Part shown: piece after piece, positions 54,440 through 64,000 of the stretch | Layout: every line of letters begins with the position of its first letter | Numbering within the stretch: the stretch's first letter is position 1 | From: Eledone cirrhosa | Taxonomy: Eukaryota | Length of the DNA: 64,000 nt | Assembly: GCA_964016885.1 (NCBI GenBank) | Contig: OZ024742.1 | Span: forward strand, 132,246,001-132,310,000 | Direction: 5' to 3' | Made by a program: the position numbers and the translations under genes | The notes under the pieces: model-generated | The model's input: the letters and a program-made list of their open reading frames with translations, nothing else | Told to the model about the DNA's origin: nothing | Database searches by the model: none

Positions 54440-54864
54440 GATAATAATAAAAATAATAATAATAACAATAATAATAATAATAATAATGATTTCTTTATTA
54501 ACCACAAGGGTTTACATAAAGTAGACATTAAGGACAGTGCAGGACAATGCAGGACGGTACAAATGGGCATATCTGCGTGTAAAAAACAAAAACAGAAGAT
54601 GTAACAAAAATAACAATGAAAATAACAATGAAAAATTCCCCAATAGGGGGGAGACTTCGGAGGGACATTTGTGGAGAAAGCCCAGTAAAAAGCCACAATG
54701 ACCCTGACCACCAAGGCAAGTGCCCTCTCCCAGTTTTCCACCTTTAATTTACAGATATATACTCAGAGTAGGCCCATTCACTCGGGCCATTCTTGCTTCT
54801 CTCACCCATCTTTCAACAAAATGCTGGGAAGAGAGCACTTCCCTCTCTACTCTGATTTTCCTTT

Positions 54865-57800
54865 TCAAAAAAATTTGAAAAAGTCAATCAGAGCATCACC
54901 GAAGAGGTAAGTGCTCGTCTTCAGCCCTTTCAAACGTGTCCACCATACTATCTCTTTCGCCATGGCCACCAGACAGATAAAAACAGCCTGCCCTTCCCGG
55001 ATAAAGGAGGAGGGCGGGGAAATCCTCACGATGGACTCAGATGATAGCCGGATCCGTCCTAAACGCGACAGCAGGTGTTCGACATAAACCCACAAGTCAG
55101 CAATTTTCGGACACTGGACGAGTGCGTGCAGGACGGTTTCGTCGCCCTGCGCGCATCTTGGACATGCCCGGCTGACGGCACCTCCATGCCTGTAGAGTTT
55201 ATCCCGAACTGGCAAGGCTCCTCGGTAGCACTGCCAGGCCAGAGATTTCTGGAAGTTGTCCATAGGCCCCGGCCCGAAAGTTCTTCCGAAGAGATTGGCT
55301 AGTTGATTTTCGTCGACGCCTAGAGTTTCCACAAGCACGTCGTCGCTCTTACCCTCTACTAATCCTCTATAGAACGCCGAGGTGGAGTTTCCACCGATCA
55401 CATTGCCCGATTGGTCGAGGGCTGTGAGCGCCTGAAGACATTCCAGTCTCCAGGCGCTCCCTCTCGGTCTTCCCTTGACCCAGGACTGCAGCTCCGTCAA
55501 GGAAATGAGCTGGGGAAATACGCGCCTAGCAAACGGCGACCACACCTGATCACCGTCGAGGAAGAGGTGGAGATGACGTAGCCTGAGCGCGTTCCTGCGC
55601 ATCATCAGCCACGGCTTGCCCAGCCCTCCACGTAGCGGGTGTTGACAACGGATGGACCGCCTGACCATCGGAGCATGTCCCTTCCACAAAAAGCGAAAGA
55701 GCAAACGCTCCAGCGCAGTCAGGCGAGGCTTAGGACAAGGTACGACGGTCAGGCGGTAGCAGATGACAGACGCGATGTACGCGTTAGCCACCTCCGCTCG
55801 ACCTTTCAGGGATAGCTTCCTCTCCGCCCATTTCTGGGTGAGAGAAGCCACCCTGCTCGTCACCTCGTCCCAGTTTTTGTCCGTCTGGAGGTCCGGACCT
55901 AACCAGACCCCTAGCAATTTAACCGGTCCGTCCGTCCAGCTGTTGGACGGCATGGACCTGCCTCTCCAGGTGCCGAGCTGCAGGCCCACTGACTTTTCCT
56001 GGTTGATCATTGCTCCTGTCACCGCTTCGTATTCTCTTAGTGTAGTGCCGATCGCCTCGATGTGTTTGGCGTTCGACACCACTACGGTGACATCGTCCGC
56101 ATATGCTGACACGGATCTTCCGCATCCTAGTTCGCGCGGGACTCCCCTCAACGTCTCCAGTTTGTGCAGTAATGGCTCGAGAGTCAATACGTACAAGAGG
56201 GACGAGAGGGGACATCCTTGGCGGACCGAGCGCATGATGTTGAACGGTTCCGACAGGTGACCGTTCACTCTCACCACAGAGCAGATGTCGCTGTGCATGG
56301 CAGCGATCCAGCCTCTGAAGACGGGCCCAAAGCCAGCCGCCCTCAGGACTGCCGCTAGGTAACGATGGTCGACCCTATCGAAAGCTTTCGACTGATCTAA
56401 ATTGATCAAGGGCCCACCCGTGCCAGGTTCCTTAGCTACCCTCTCTATGATGTATCGCATGAGGTGGAGGTTGTCGTGGATGGATCTGTCGGGAATGGCG
56501 CATGTCTGCGCCTCTCCCACCAGACCACCAACGACAAGCGCCAACCTCTTTGCGAGCACCTTGGCCAAAATCTTGAACTCTGTGTTTAGCAGAGTTATGG
56601 GCCAGAAATTGTCTATGTGATCCCCCTTTTTCGGATCCTTTCTCAGCAGTGCCACCGCTCCTCGGCTCACAGAACTGGGAATTCTCCCGTTCTGTTGCCA
56701 GTTGCAGTAGACGTCCGCCAAGAGGCCTCCGAACAAGTCTGGCATCTGTACATAAAGTTCATAGGGCAGACCATCCAAACCAGGCGATTTACCCCTTGTG
56801 CAGCCAGTCATTGCCTCCCTTACTTCAGCGGCTGTTATCAGCTTTTCGCAACACTTCGCCTCAGTGGCCGAGAGCCGCGGCAGTCCGTCGAGGTAGACAC
56901 TAAAGTCAATCCCTCTACCCGGCCCACCGCTCCCCCCGAACAGCTGAGCGAAGTGTCGCTGAAAAGCTTCACACATTTGCCCGGGATCGAGTAGCATGCG
57001 CCTGTCGTGGTCCACCAAAGTCCGGATCGTGGCTTTGTTGCCACGACGCGCCTCCGCCACTCGGGCCCATTGAACGGCTTTCGTCCCCTCGTGTCTGAGA
57101 GCACGCACCCTTGCTCTGACAACGCAGCCTTCGTGCTTTGCATTGAAGAATTGGTCAAGGGCCAATTTCGCCGCAAGCACGTCGGTCGCAATGCCTTTGC
57201 TAAGCGCCTCGTCTAATTTTCTAACTAGTTCTCCCTCTGCTCTATTTTTCTCTATTGCTAAAGCCTTACTAAACCTAATCGATTCTATTCTAATCGCTCT
57301 TTTCAGAGCAAACCACCACTTGTTGTTGACGATGGCCCGCGTCAACGCCCGCTTAACTAGTTCGCTAATCCGGTCTCTGTAGGCCTTGCGCGCTGGTAAG
57401 GACGCGTTTAGCTTCCAGTAGCCGGGTCCTCGTCTATGAAGCCTATCTAAGTCAAGCACACAGATCACGAATTTGTGGTCCGTGTAGCTGACTATCTTGA
57501 ATTGTGGACAGCCTACGCTAGACCTATCTATTTCCCTACAAAATACTCTATCTAGATATGATCTGGATGACCCTATGCGGTTTGTCCAAGTCCACATTGG
57601 CACATTCGGTAAATCCAATCGGTACCTGTCAGACAGTTCAAAACGCCTGAGCAGGTTGGTGAGGCTCTTGCACCCTCCACCCCTATCCGCTAATCCCACA
57701 CAGTCCCAGCGTGCATCTAAGATCCCGTTCCAGTCGCCCACTAACACTAAAGAGCGGGACGTTCCAAGAAAGGTCTCCAGACGCCGGAAGAAATCAGGCC

Positions 57801-58155
57801 GCCCTGCTCCTGTCGGGGCATAGACGGCCACTAGCCTGAAAGCTTGCCCGTCTCCGCTGGTCACGTCCAGCACCACCAGCTTACCCTCTGGGTCCAGGAA
57901 GATGGCCCGTATGGCGAGATCCAAACCTCTCCGAAAAAGCACAGCAACTCCTCCACCCGATCCAGGACGGCTGGGAGATGCGTACACATCGTAGCCGCCG
58001 AAGATCGGTGCGAAGGCCCGTGCTTCGGAGATTCTGGTCTCGCTGATGGCCACTACATCTATGTTTAGTGACCTGAGGTCGTTGAGCAGGTGACCCTGCT
58101 TCCATGACGACCCCAAGCCACGCGCATTTATGCTGCCTATTCTGAGTGAGGTCAT
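54865..58155 (-). CDS. LINE ORF2: APE endonuclease + reverse transcriptase + zf-RVT/CCHC
   Basis: INARGL, SETR, VYAP, GDWN, LDR, TDH; KSPGLDG, LDQSKAFDRV, RQGCPLS, YADD; CPRC..ETVLH...C. First ATG at 58155. The last 40 or so residues are frameshifted relative to the neighbouring copy. Confidence 0.93.
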   Translation of the reverse strand: MTSLRIGSINARGLGSSWKQGHLLNDLRSLNIDVVAISETRISEARAFAPIFGGYDVYASPSRPGSGGGVAVLFRRGLDLAIRAIFLDPEGKLVVLDVTSGDGQAFRLVAVYAPTGAGRPDFFRRLETFLGTSRSLVLVGDWNGILDARWDCVGLADRGGGCKSLTNLLRRFELSDRYRLDLPNVPMWTWTNRIGSSRSYLDRVFCREIDRSSVGCPQFKIVSYTDHKFVICVLDLDRLHRRGPGYWKLNASLPARKAYRDRISELVKRALTRAIVNNKWWFALKRAIRIESIRFSKALAIEKNRAEGELVRKLDEALSKGIATDVLAAKLALDQFFNAKHEGCVVRARVRALRHEGTKAVQWARVAEARRGNKATIRTLVDHDRRMLLDPGQMCEAFQRHFAQLFGGSGGPGRGIDFSVYLDGLPRLSATEAKCCEKLITAAEVREAMTGCTRGKSPGLDGLPYELYVQMPDLFGGLLADVYCNWQQNGRIPSSVSRGAVALLRKDPKKGDHIDNFWPITLLNTEFKILAKVLAKRLALVVGGLVGEAQTCAIPDRSIHDNLHLMRYIIERVAKEPGTGGPLINLDQSKAFDRVDHRYLAAVLRAAGFGPVFRGWIAAMHSDICSVVRVNGHLSEPFNIMRSVRQGCPLSSLLYVLTLEPLLHKLETLRGVPRELGCGRSVSAYADDVTVVVSNAKHIEAIGTTLREYEAVTGAMINQEKSVGLQLGTWRGRSMPSNSWTDGPVKLLGVWLGPDLQTDKNWDEVTSRVASLTQKWAERKLSLKGRAEVANAYIASVICYRLTVVPCPKPRLTALERLLFRFLWKGHAPMVRRSIRCQHPLRGGLGKPWLMMRRNALRLRHLHLFLDGDQVWSPFARRVFPQLISLTELQSWVKGRPRGSAWRLECLQALTALDQSGNVIGGNSTSAFYRGLVEGKSDDVLVETLGVDENQLANLFGRTFGPGPMDNFQKSLAWQCYRGALPVRDKLYRHGGAVSRACPRCAQGDETVLHALVQCPKIADLWVYVEHLLSRLGRIRLSSESIVRISPPSSFIREGQAVFICLVAMAKEIVWWTRLKGLKTSTYLFGDALIDFFKFF

Positions 58156-58746
58156 GTTTAAAATAGAGTGGAAAAGATGGGAAAGACCACTCACCGTACT
58201 TTTGGTAGAGGAGGGATGGTTTTTACATCCCTTTTCACTTGATCGTCTGGTGAAGGGACCGTTGAATCGTCCCTTCGGCTGGTCGTCGGCTCTTCTAAGA
58301 GAATGTCTGAATATACTCTTCGATTGATGGTTCCTCCTAGGTCCCTGAAATCACCAACTGCGTTGGGGAATTTCGTTTTAATGTCTGTGTATTGTTTCTG
58401 TGCTATTTTTAGCAGTCTTATGTTAGTTGGCGTTTTGATTGGTGCTGGTATTATGTAGTCCTGTTGTGAAATGTCTGTGTGTTCAATTATGTAAGTCATT
58501 AGTTTCTTGTTGTGTGTATTTATTGCCGTGCATTTGTTTTTCTGGGGGTGGGGTGTGGTTCTGCTATTTTCTTGTCGTTGTTGCTGTGTGTGTGTGTTTT
58601 GTTGTTGTGTTTGCGATGTTGGTGCTTGTGGTGGTGGTGTTGAAGGTGTTGTTGGCGGTAGGGTTGTCGCGGTGGTGATGGTGGTGCTAGTGTGGGTGGT
58701 GATGGTGTTGGTGGTGTTGCTGCTGTGGGTCTCTTTGCAGTAGACT

Positions 58747-60288
58747 TTACCCTTTTCTCATTTCTTTCCTCCCTTTCAAAGGCGACGATGCGCTGCTTCT
58801 GCGTTTGTGCCTTCTTACAACCTTTTGCCATCCCTCTCCCACCTCACACTCAATGTCTGATTCTGTGAGGTCGGGGAGGGGTACCAGCTCCACTCTTTCA
58901 CTTGTTGTTGTTGGTGATGTTTGCACTGGAGTCTCTTTTGCAGCTGCATTTGGTATTGCTGTTGTTGTTGTTAATATTTCCACTGCTGCTGCTGTTTTTG
59001 ATTTCTGTGGAGTGGGTATGGGTGCCACGGACCTATCGTTCCTGGTTGCCGCTTGTCCTGTTGCTGGTAGCCGTGGAGCCGGATTCGGAAGGAGGGGGTT
59101 TTCTCCTTTCTCAGGGTCTTCTCGTTGCAGAAGGCCCTGAGGTGAGTCTTCGATCCACAGCGAAAGCATTTCGGGCGTTTGCCCTCAACACTTATGGGCA
59201 GTTGAGTGCCGTTATCGAAGTCTATCACATCCGGGATAGCTTCGATGCACTCCTGGTTGGTTTGGATTAGCATCTCAATGGAGGTGCCTACCCAATCTTC
59301 TCTTACTTTTTTCTGTACTTGCAGTACAGTTGTTTTGTCCTCGATTCCGACGAGGACAGACGCGGCCAGCCAAGAAGGGGCCATTGGGGGGGACGTGGGT
59401 CAGTTTGACCCTCACAATTTTTTGCCCGCAGTAGGAGGGCACCAACACCATTTCCTCGCTCCTTAGGGTCACTACTGATTGGGCCTTTGGCTCCTGGGGT
59501 GTGGCAAAAAGTACGTCTACGGTGGCATATTTTTTGCCTCGGGTGATGTGCGTTTTCCGCTGCCACACAGACCCCAAGGCTTTTTGTATTTGGGCCTCTG
59601 TGGCTCTTTCCACCCTACGGGATTTTGTACTTACTGTACGGTACGTGACCGTACAGTGCTCTTCGGTTTCGAAAAATTTTTCCGCTGCCTTGCAGATTGC
59701 TCGGTGTCCATTATTTGTCACCATCTTCTTCGCTTCCTCTAATTCCTCATTTGTTATGAGGATTGTTTCCAAGTTTTTCGCAATACCTGCAAATGAGATT
59801 GGTTTTTCTCTGCTGCTGCTGTTGTTGTTGTCGTCAGAGCTGCTGGTACTTTTGTTGTTGCTGCAGGTACTACGACTACTGCCTCCGCCGCTGTTGCTGT
59901 GGTTGTTGTTGGTGTTGCTGCTGCTAATGCTGTTGTTGTTTATGCTGCTGGTGATGCTGTTGCGGCTGCTACTGTTGTTTTCATTGTCACTGTTGCTGTT
60001 GTTATTATGGCTGCTACTGCTATTATTCCTGACGTCAGACGAATGAACTGGGTTTTCGTATTTCCCGCACACCTGTTTCGTCGCTGTCGTCGTCGTCGTG
60101 GAGAAACCTTGCACGCTTTGCACGAGACTTTTCTTTTCTTTCGTCACTTGCGAAAGAGAAGGGAGGGAGAGAGACACATTTAAAGAAGGGAGGGAGAGAG
60201 ACAATCTTCTCTCTGCTGTAGTGATGATTGAGGAAGAAGAAGACGGAATGAGTGGGAGTGACGTATGAAATTTCTTTTTCGTAGCCAT
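58747..60288 (-). pseudogene. LINE ORF1 (frameshifted): N/S-rich region, SFAGIA motif, RRM-like region, CCHC knuckle
   Basis: Three overlapping frames (60288-59275, 59384-58971, 59169-58747); CFRCGSKTHLRAFC; WQKVVRR basic tail. May extend to 58191. Confidence 0.8.
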
Positions 60289-60502
60289 GTTGTTTTTTGT
60301 TTAAAATGAATATTGGGTACAAAACCCCAATAACTGGTTATTTAACCCCGAAGGGCCAAATAACGGACAGAAAGACCCCTCTTACGAGGAGGAGGGTGTC
60401 TTTATCAACAATTTGGTTCAAGTTTTAAACAATTTACAATTGTTTTAACGGTTAAAAATTACTATACCTTACAGAGCCGAGCCTCCGTCAACCATGGCAT
60501 TC

Positions 60503-60503
<1 letters not shown>

Positions 60504-60543
<40 letters not shown>

Positions 60544-63500
60544 GGATTTCATTTATTAGCCACAAGGGCCGACATGTAGAGGACAATACAAGGACAGGGA
60601 CAGTGGGGGTTTACAATAAGGTCGAGTAAAAGTGCACAATGGCAAGACTAATTTAACAATGAAAATATAAAAATATAAAATAAACTATGCATAAATATAA
60701 CAAAATAAATTTCCCGATAGCGGGTGTACGACCCTGGGGTGAATCGGGTACCCCACCAATCCTGAACCACCCTGCGTTTCTAGGGCACCCAGGAGAGCAC
60801 CCCTCTCCTCAAGTTAGCCAGCCTATAGGCGCATGGTCAGAGTAGGCCCATTCACACGAGCCATTCTCGCCACATTCACCCACCTTTTAGCAAATGTACT
60901 GGGGGGCAGCACTTCTCTCTCCACCCTCACCCTCCTTTCCAGGTGAAACTTGAAGAAGTTGATGAGGGATTGGCCGAAGAGAAAAGTGTCTGTCTTTAGT
61001 CCTTTCAACCTGACCACCATATATTCTCTTTCGCAACTGCAACCAGACAGGGGAAAATGTCCTGCTCTTCCTGATCTAAGGAAGGTGGCGGCTCGATCTT
61101 CACTATGGACTCGGCCGATAGCCGGATTCGTTCCACACGCAGTAGCTGTTCGACATAACTCCACAAGTCAGTAATGTACGGACATTGGACAAGTGCGTGC
61201 AGAACGGTTTCGTCGTTCTGTGCGCATCTTGGGCAGGTCCGTCTGACAGCACTTCCGTGCCTGTAGAGTTTATCCCGAACCGGCAGTGCCCCCCGGTAGC
61301 ACTGCCAAGCGAGGGATTTCTGGAAATTGTCCATCGTCCCCGGCTCAAAAGTCCTCCGATACTGACTGGTCAGTTCGACTTCGTCGAGGACCAAAGCTTC
61401 TCCGAGTGCGTCATTGCACTTGCCCACCACTAATCCTCTATAGAACTCGAGAGTGGAAGTTCCACTGATCGCATTGCCCGCTTGGTAGAGGGCATAGAGT
61501 GCCTGGCAACATTCCAGGTGCCAGTCACCCAGTCTCGGTCTCTTCTTGACCCAGGACTACAGCTCAGTCAAAGAAATGAGCTGCGGAAAGGCCCGTCTGA
61601 TAAACGGCGACCACACCTGTTCACCATTGAGGCAGAATATCTGGAGATATCACAGCCTCAACGCATGTCTGCGCATCATTAGCCACGGCATGCCCAGCTC
61701 TCCGCGTAGAGGGTGCTGGCAGCAGATGGACCGCCTCACCAACGGAACTTGTCCCCTCCACAAGAATTTGAAGAGGAGCCGTTCCAACTTGACGAGGCCC
61801 GGACGGGGGCAAGGCACGACGGTTAGGCGGTAGTAGATGATGGACGCGATGTACGCATTCGCCACCTCCGCGCGACCTTTCAGTGATAGCTTCCTCCCAG
61901 CCCATTTTTGGGTGAGACTGGCTACTCTGCTCGTTACCTCGTCCCAATTCTTTTCCACCTGGAGGTCTGGTCCGAACCAAACCCCGAGCAACTTTACCGG
62001 TCCGTCCGTCCAGCGCCCCACGACGCTGTAGGACGGCATGGGCTTGCCTCTCCAGGTTCCGAGCTGCTAGCCCAACGACTTTACCGGGTTAAGTTTGGCT
62101 CTTGTCAACCTTTCATATTCCTTCAGTAAGGTGCCGGCCACCTCGATTTCTCAGGTGCTCCACACCATCACGGTGATGTCGTCCGCATAAGCCGACACCG
62201 CCTTTCCACGTCCCGGTTCGAACGGGATGCCCTGCAACAACTCCAGCTTCCGCAGTAAAGGCTCGAGGGTCAATACGTAGGAAGAGGAAGGGATGAGAGA
62301 GGGCACACTTGACGAACCGATCGGGAGAGCCGAAATGGTTCCGAGAGGTGGCCATTAACCTTGACCACCGAGCGCGTGCCGCTGTGCATTGCAACGATCC
62401 AGCTTCTAAAGACAGGGCCGAAGCCTTTGAGGACAAACTCCAGATACCGATGGTCGACCCTATCGAATGCTTTCGATTGATCTAAATTGATTAGTACCCC
62501 ACCGAAGCCAGGTTTACACCCTACCCTCTCTATGATGTATCTCATCAGGTGGAGATTGTCGTGTATGGACCTAGCTGGGATTGCGCAAGTTTGCGGCTCC
62601 CCAACCAAATCCTCGACGACAAGCGCCAATCTCTTTGCTAACACCTTGTCCAAAATCTTAAACTCTGTGTTGAGCAGAGTTATGGGCCTGAAGTTGTCTA
62701 ATGTATCCCTCTTGTTCTCGTCTTTCCTTATCAGCGTCACCACTCCCCTGCTCACAGAACTGGGAATACTCCCATTCTGCTGCCAGTTGCAGTGGAGTGC
62801 TTCGAGGAGTTCGGAGAACAAGTCTGGCATATTTACGTAAAACTCGTAGTGCAGGCCATCCAAACCGGGTGACTTGCGCCTCATGCAGCCGACAAGGGCG
62901 TCCTGAATTTCGGCTGAAGTAATCGGCCTTTCGCAGCGCTCAGCGTCGACCGTCGAGATGCGCGGCAAGCCGTCAAGGTAGGGACTGAAATCCGCTACTC
63001 TCTCTGACTCGCCACTCTCCCTGAACAACCGAGCAGAGTGCTGGCGAAAGGCCTCACACATCCGCTTGGAATCGTTTATCTCGTGTCCGTCTCGGTCCGC
63101 CAAAGACCGAATTGTGGTTTTATTACCACGCTGCGCCTCTGCCACGTGGGCCCATCGAACAGCTTTAGTTCCCTCGTTTCTCAGCACACGCGCTTTAGCT
63201 CTGACAATGCAACCTTCGTGTTTGGCGTTGAAGAAATGGTCTAATGCCATTCTCGCCGCTAGCACGTCAGTTGCGATGCCACTACAAATAGCCTCGTCTA
63301 ACTTATCTACCAGCTCCCCCTCCTTTCTATTTTTCTCTAACGCTAGTTCTTTGCTAAACTCTATCGAAGTTACTCTAATCTCTCTTTCGAGAGCCCCCCA
63401 CCATCTGTTGTTGATGATCCGCCCTGTCAACTTTTGCTTAACTAAATTGTTGACTCGGTCTCTGTAAGCCTTACGTGCCGGAAATGACATGTTCAGCTTC

Positions 63501-64000
63501 CAGTAATCCGGTCCTAACCTACGCCTTTTATTTAGATCGACCGAACAGATCACAAATTTGTGATCTGAATAGGCGACGGTTTAAAAAAGTGGACAGCCCA
63601 CACTATTTCTATCTATTTTCCTAATGAAGATCCTGTCTATATACGATCTAGATGACCCCATTCGGTTGGTCCACGTCCATACTGGCACATTGGGGAAATC
63701 TAATCGATACCTGTCAGACAGTTGGAACTGGCTGAGTAGGTGCTTGAGGCTTTTGCACCCCCCACTCCTATCGGCTACTCCCACACAATCCCAGCGTGCG
63801 TCTAAGATGCCATTCTAGTCCCCCGCTAACAGTAAAGGGCGAGACGTACCCAGAAAGGTCTCCAGGGGCGTAAAGAAGTCAGGTCGTCCGGCCCCTGTAG
63901 GGGCGTAGACGGCCAGCAGTCTAAAGGCACCACCTTCGCTACTGCTCACATCCAAGACCACCAACTTACCGTCTGGGTCCCGGAAGATCGACCTTACCTC
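60504..64000 (-). mobile_element. Second, diverged L1/Tx1 LINE with disrupted ORF2; 5' part lies beyond the window
   Basis: Homologous ORF2 pieces (LDQSKAFDRVDH, AYADDI, CPRC); 3' UTR and (ATT)n tail at 60504-60542. Confidence 0.93.

Larger units (their letters stand above)
54470..60503 (-). mobile_element. Near-full-length L1/Tx1-clade LINE (about 6 kb)
   Basis: 5' UTR, ORF1, ORF2, 3' UTR and (ATT)n tail; the 5' end abuts (ATT)n. Confidence 0.95.

Overview
AT-rich, microsatellite-dense animal genomic DNA. The SINE and LINE repertoire suggests a cephalopod such as Octopus, which is an inference. The window is almost entirely retroelement-derived. It holds two decayed R4/Dong-type RLE LINEs, RTE and CRE fragments, two Penelope-like elements (PLEs), one near-full-length and one partial L1/Tx1-clade LINE in tandem plus older Tx1 remnants, many tRNA-derived SINEs and a compound minisatellite. 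There is one good candidate host coding exon, on the minus strand at 30036-30204. Most ORFs in the track are microsatellite artefacts. The most striking unannotated signal is structured RNA. Four type I hammerhead ribozyme (HHR) motifs can be read by eye. Three of them sit in adjacent, unrelated, non-coding mini-elements (units of about 526, 663 and 324 bp) with short terminal direct repeats in or next to (TA)n, resembling retrozymes or PLE terminal repeats. There are also fold-back palindromes in (TA)n, two of which carry half-hammerheads. A second theme is a SINE/Tx1 pair that appears to share a 3' tail and an (ATT)n target.
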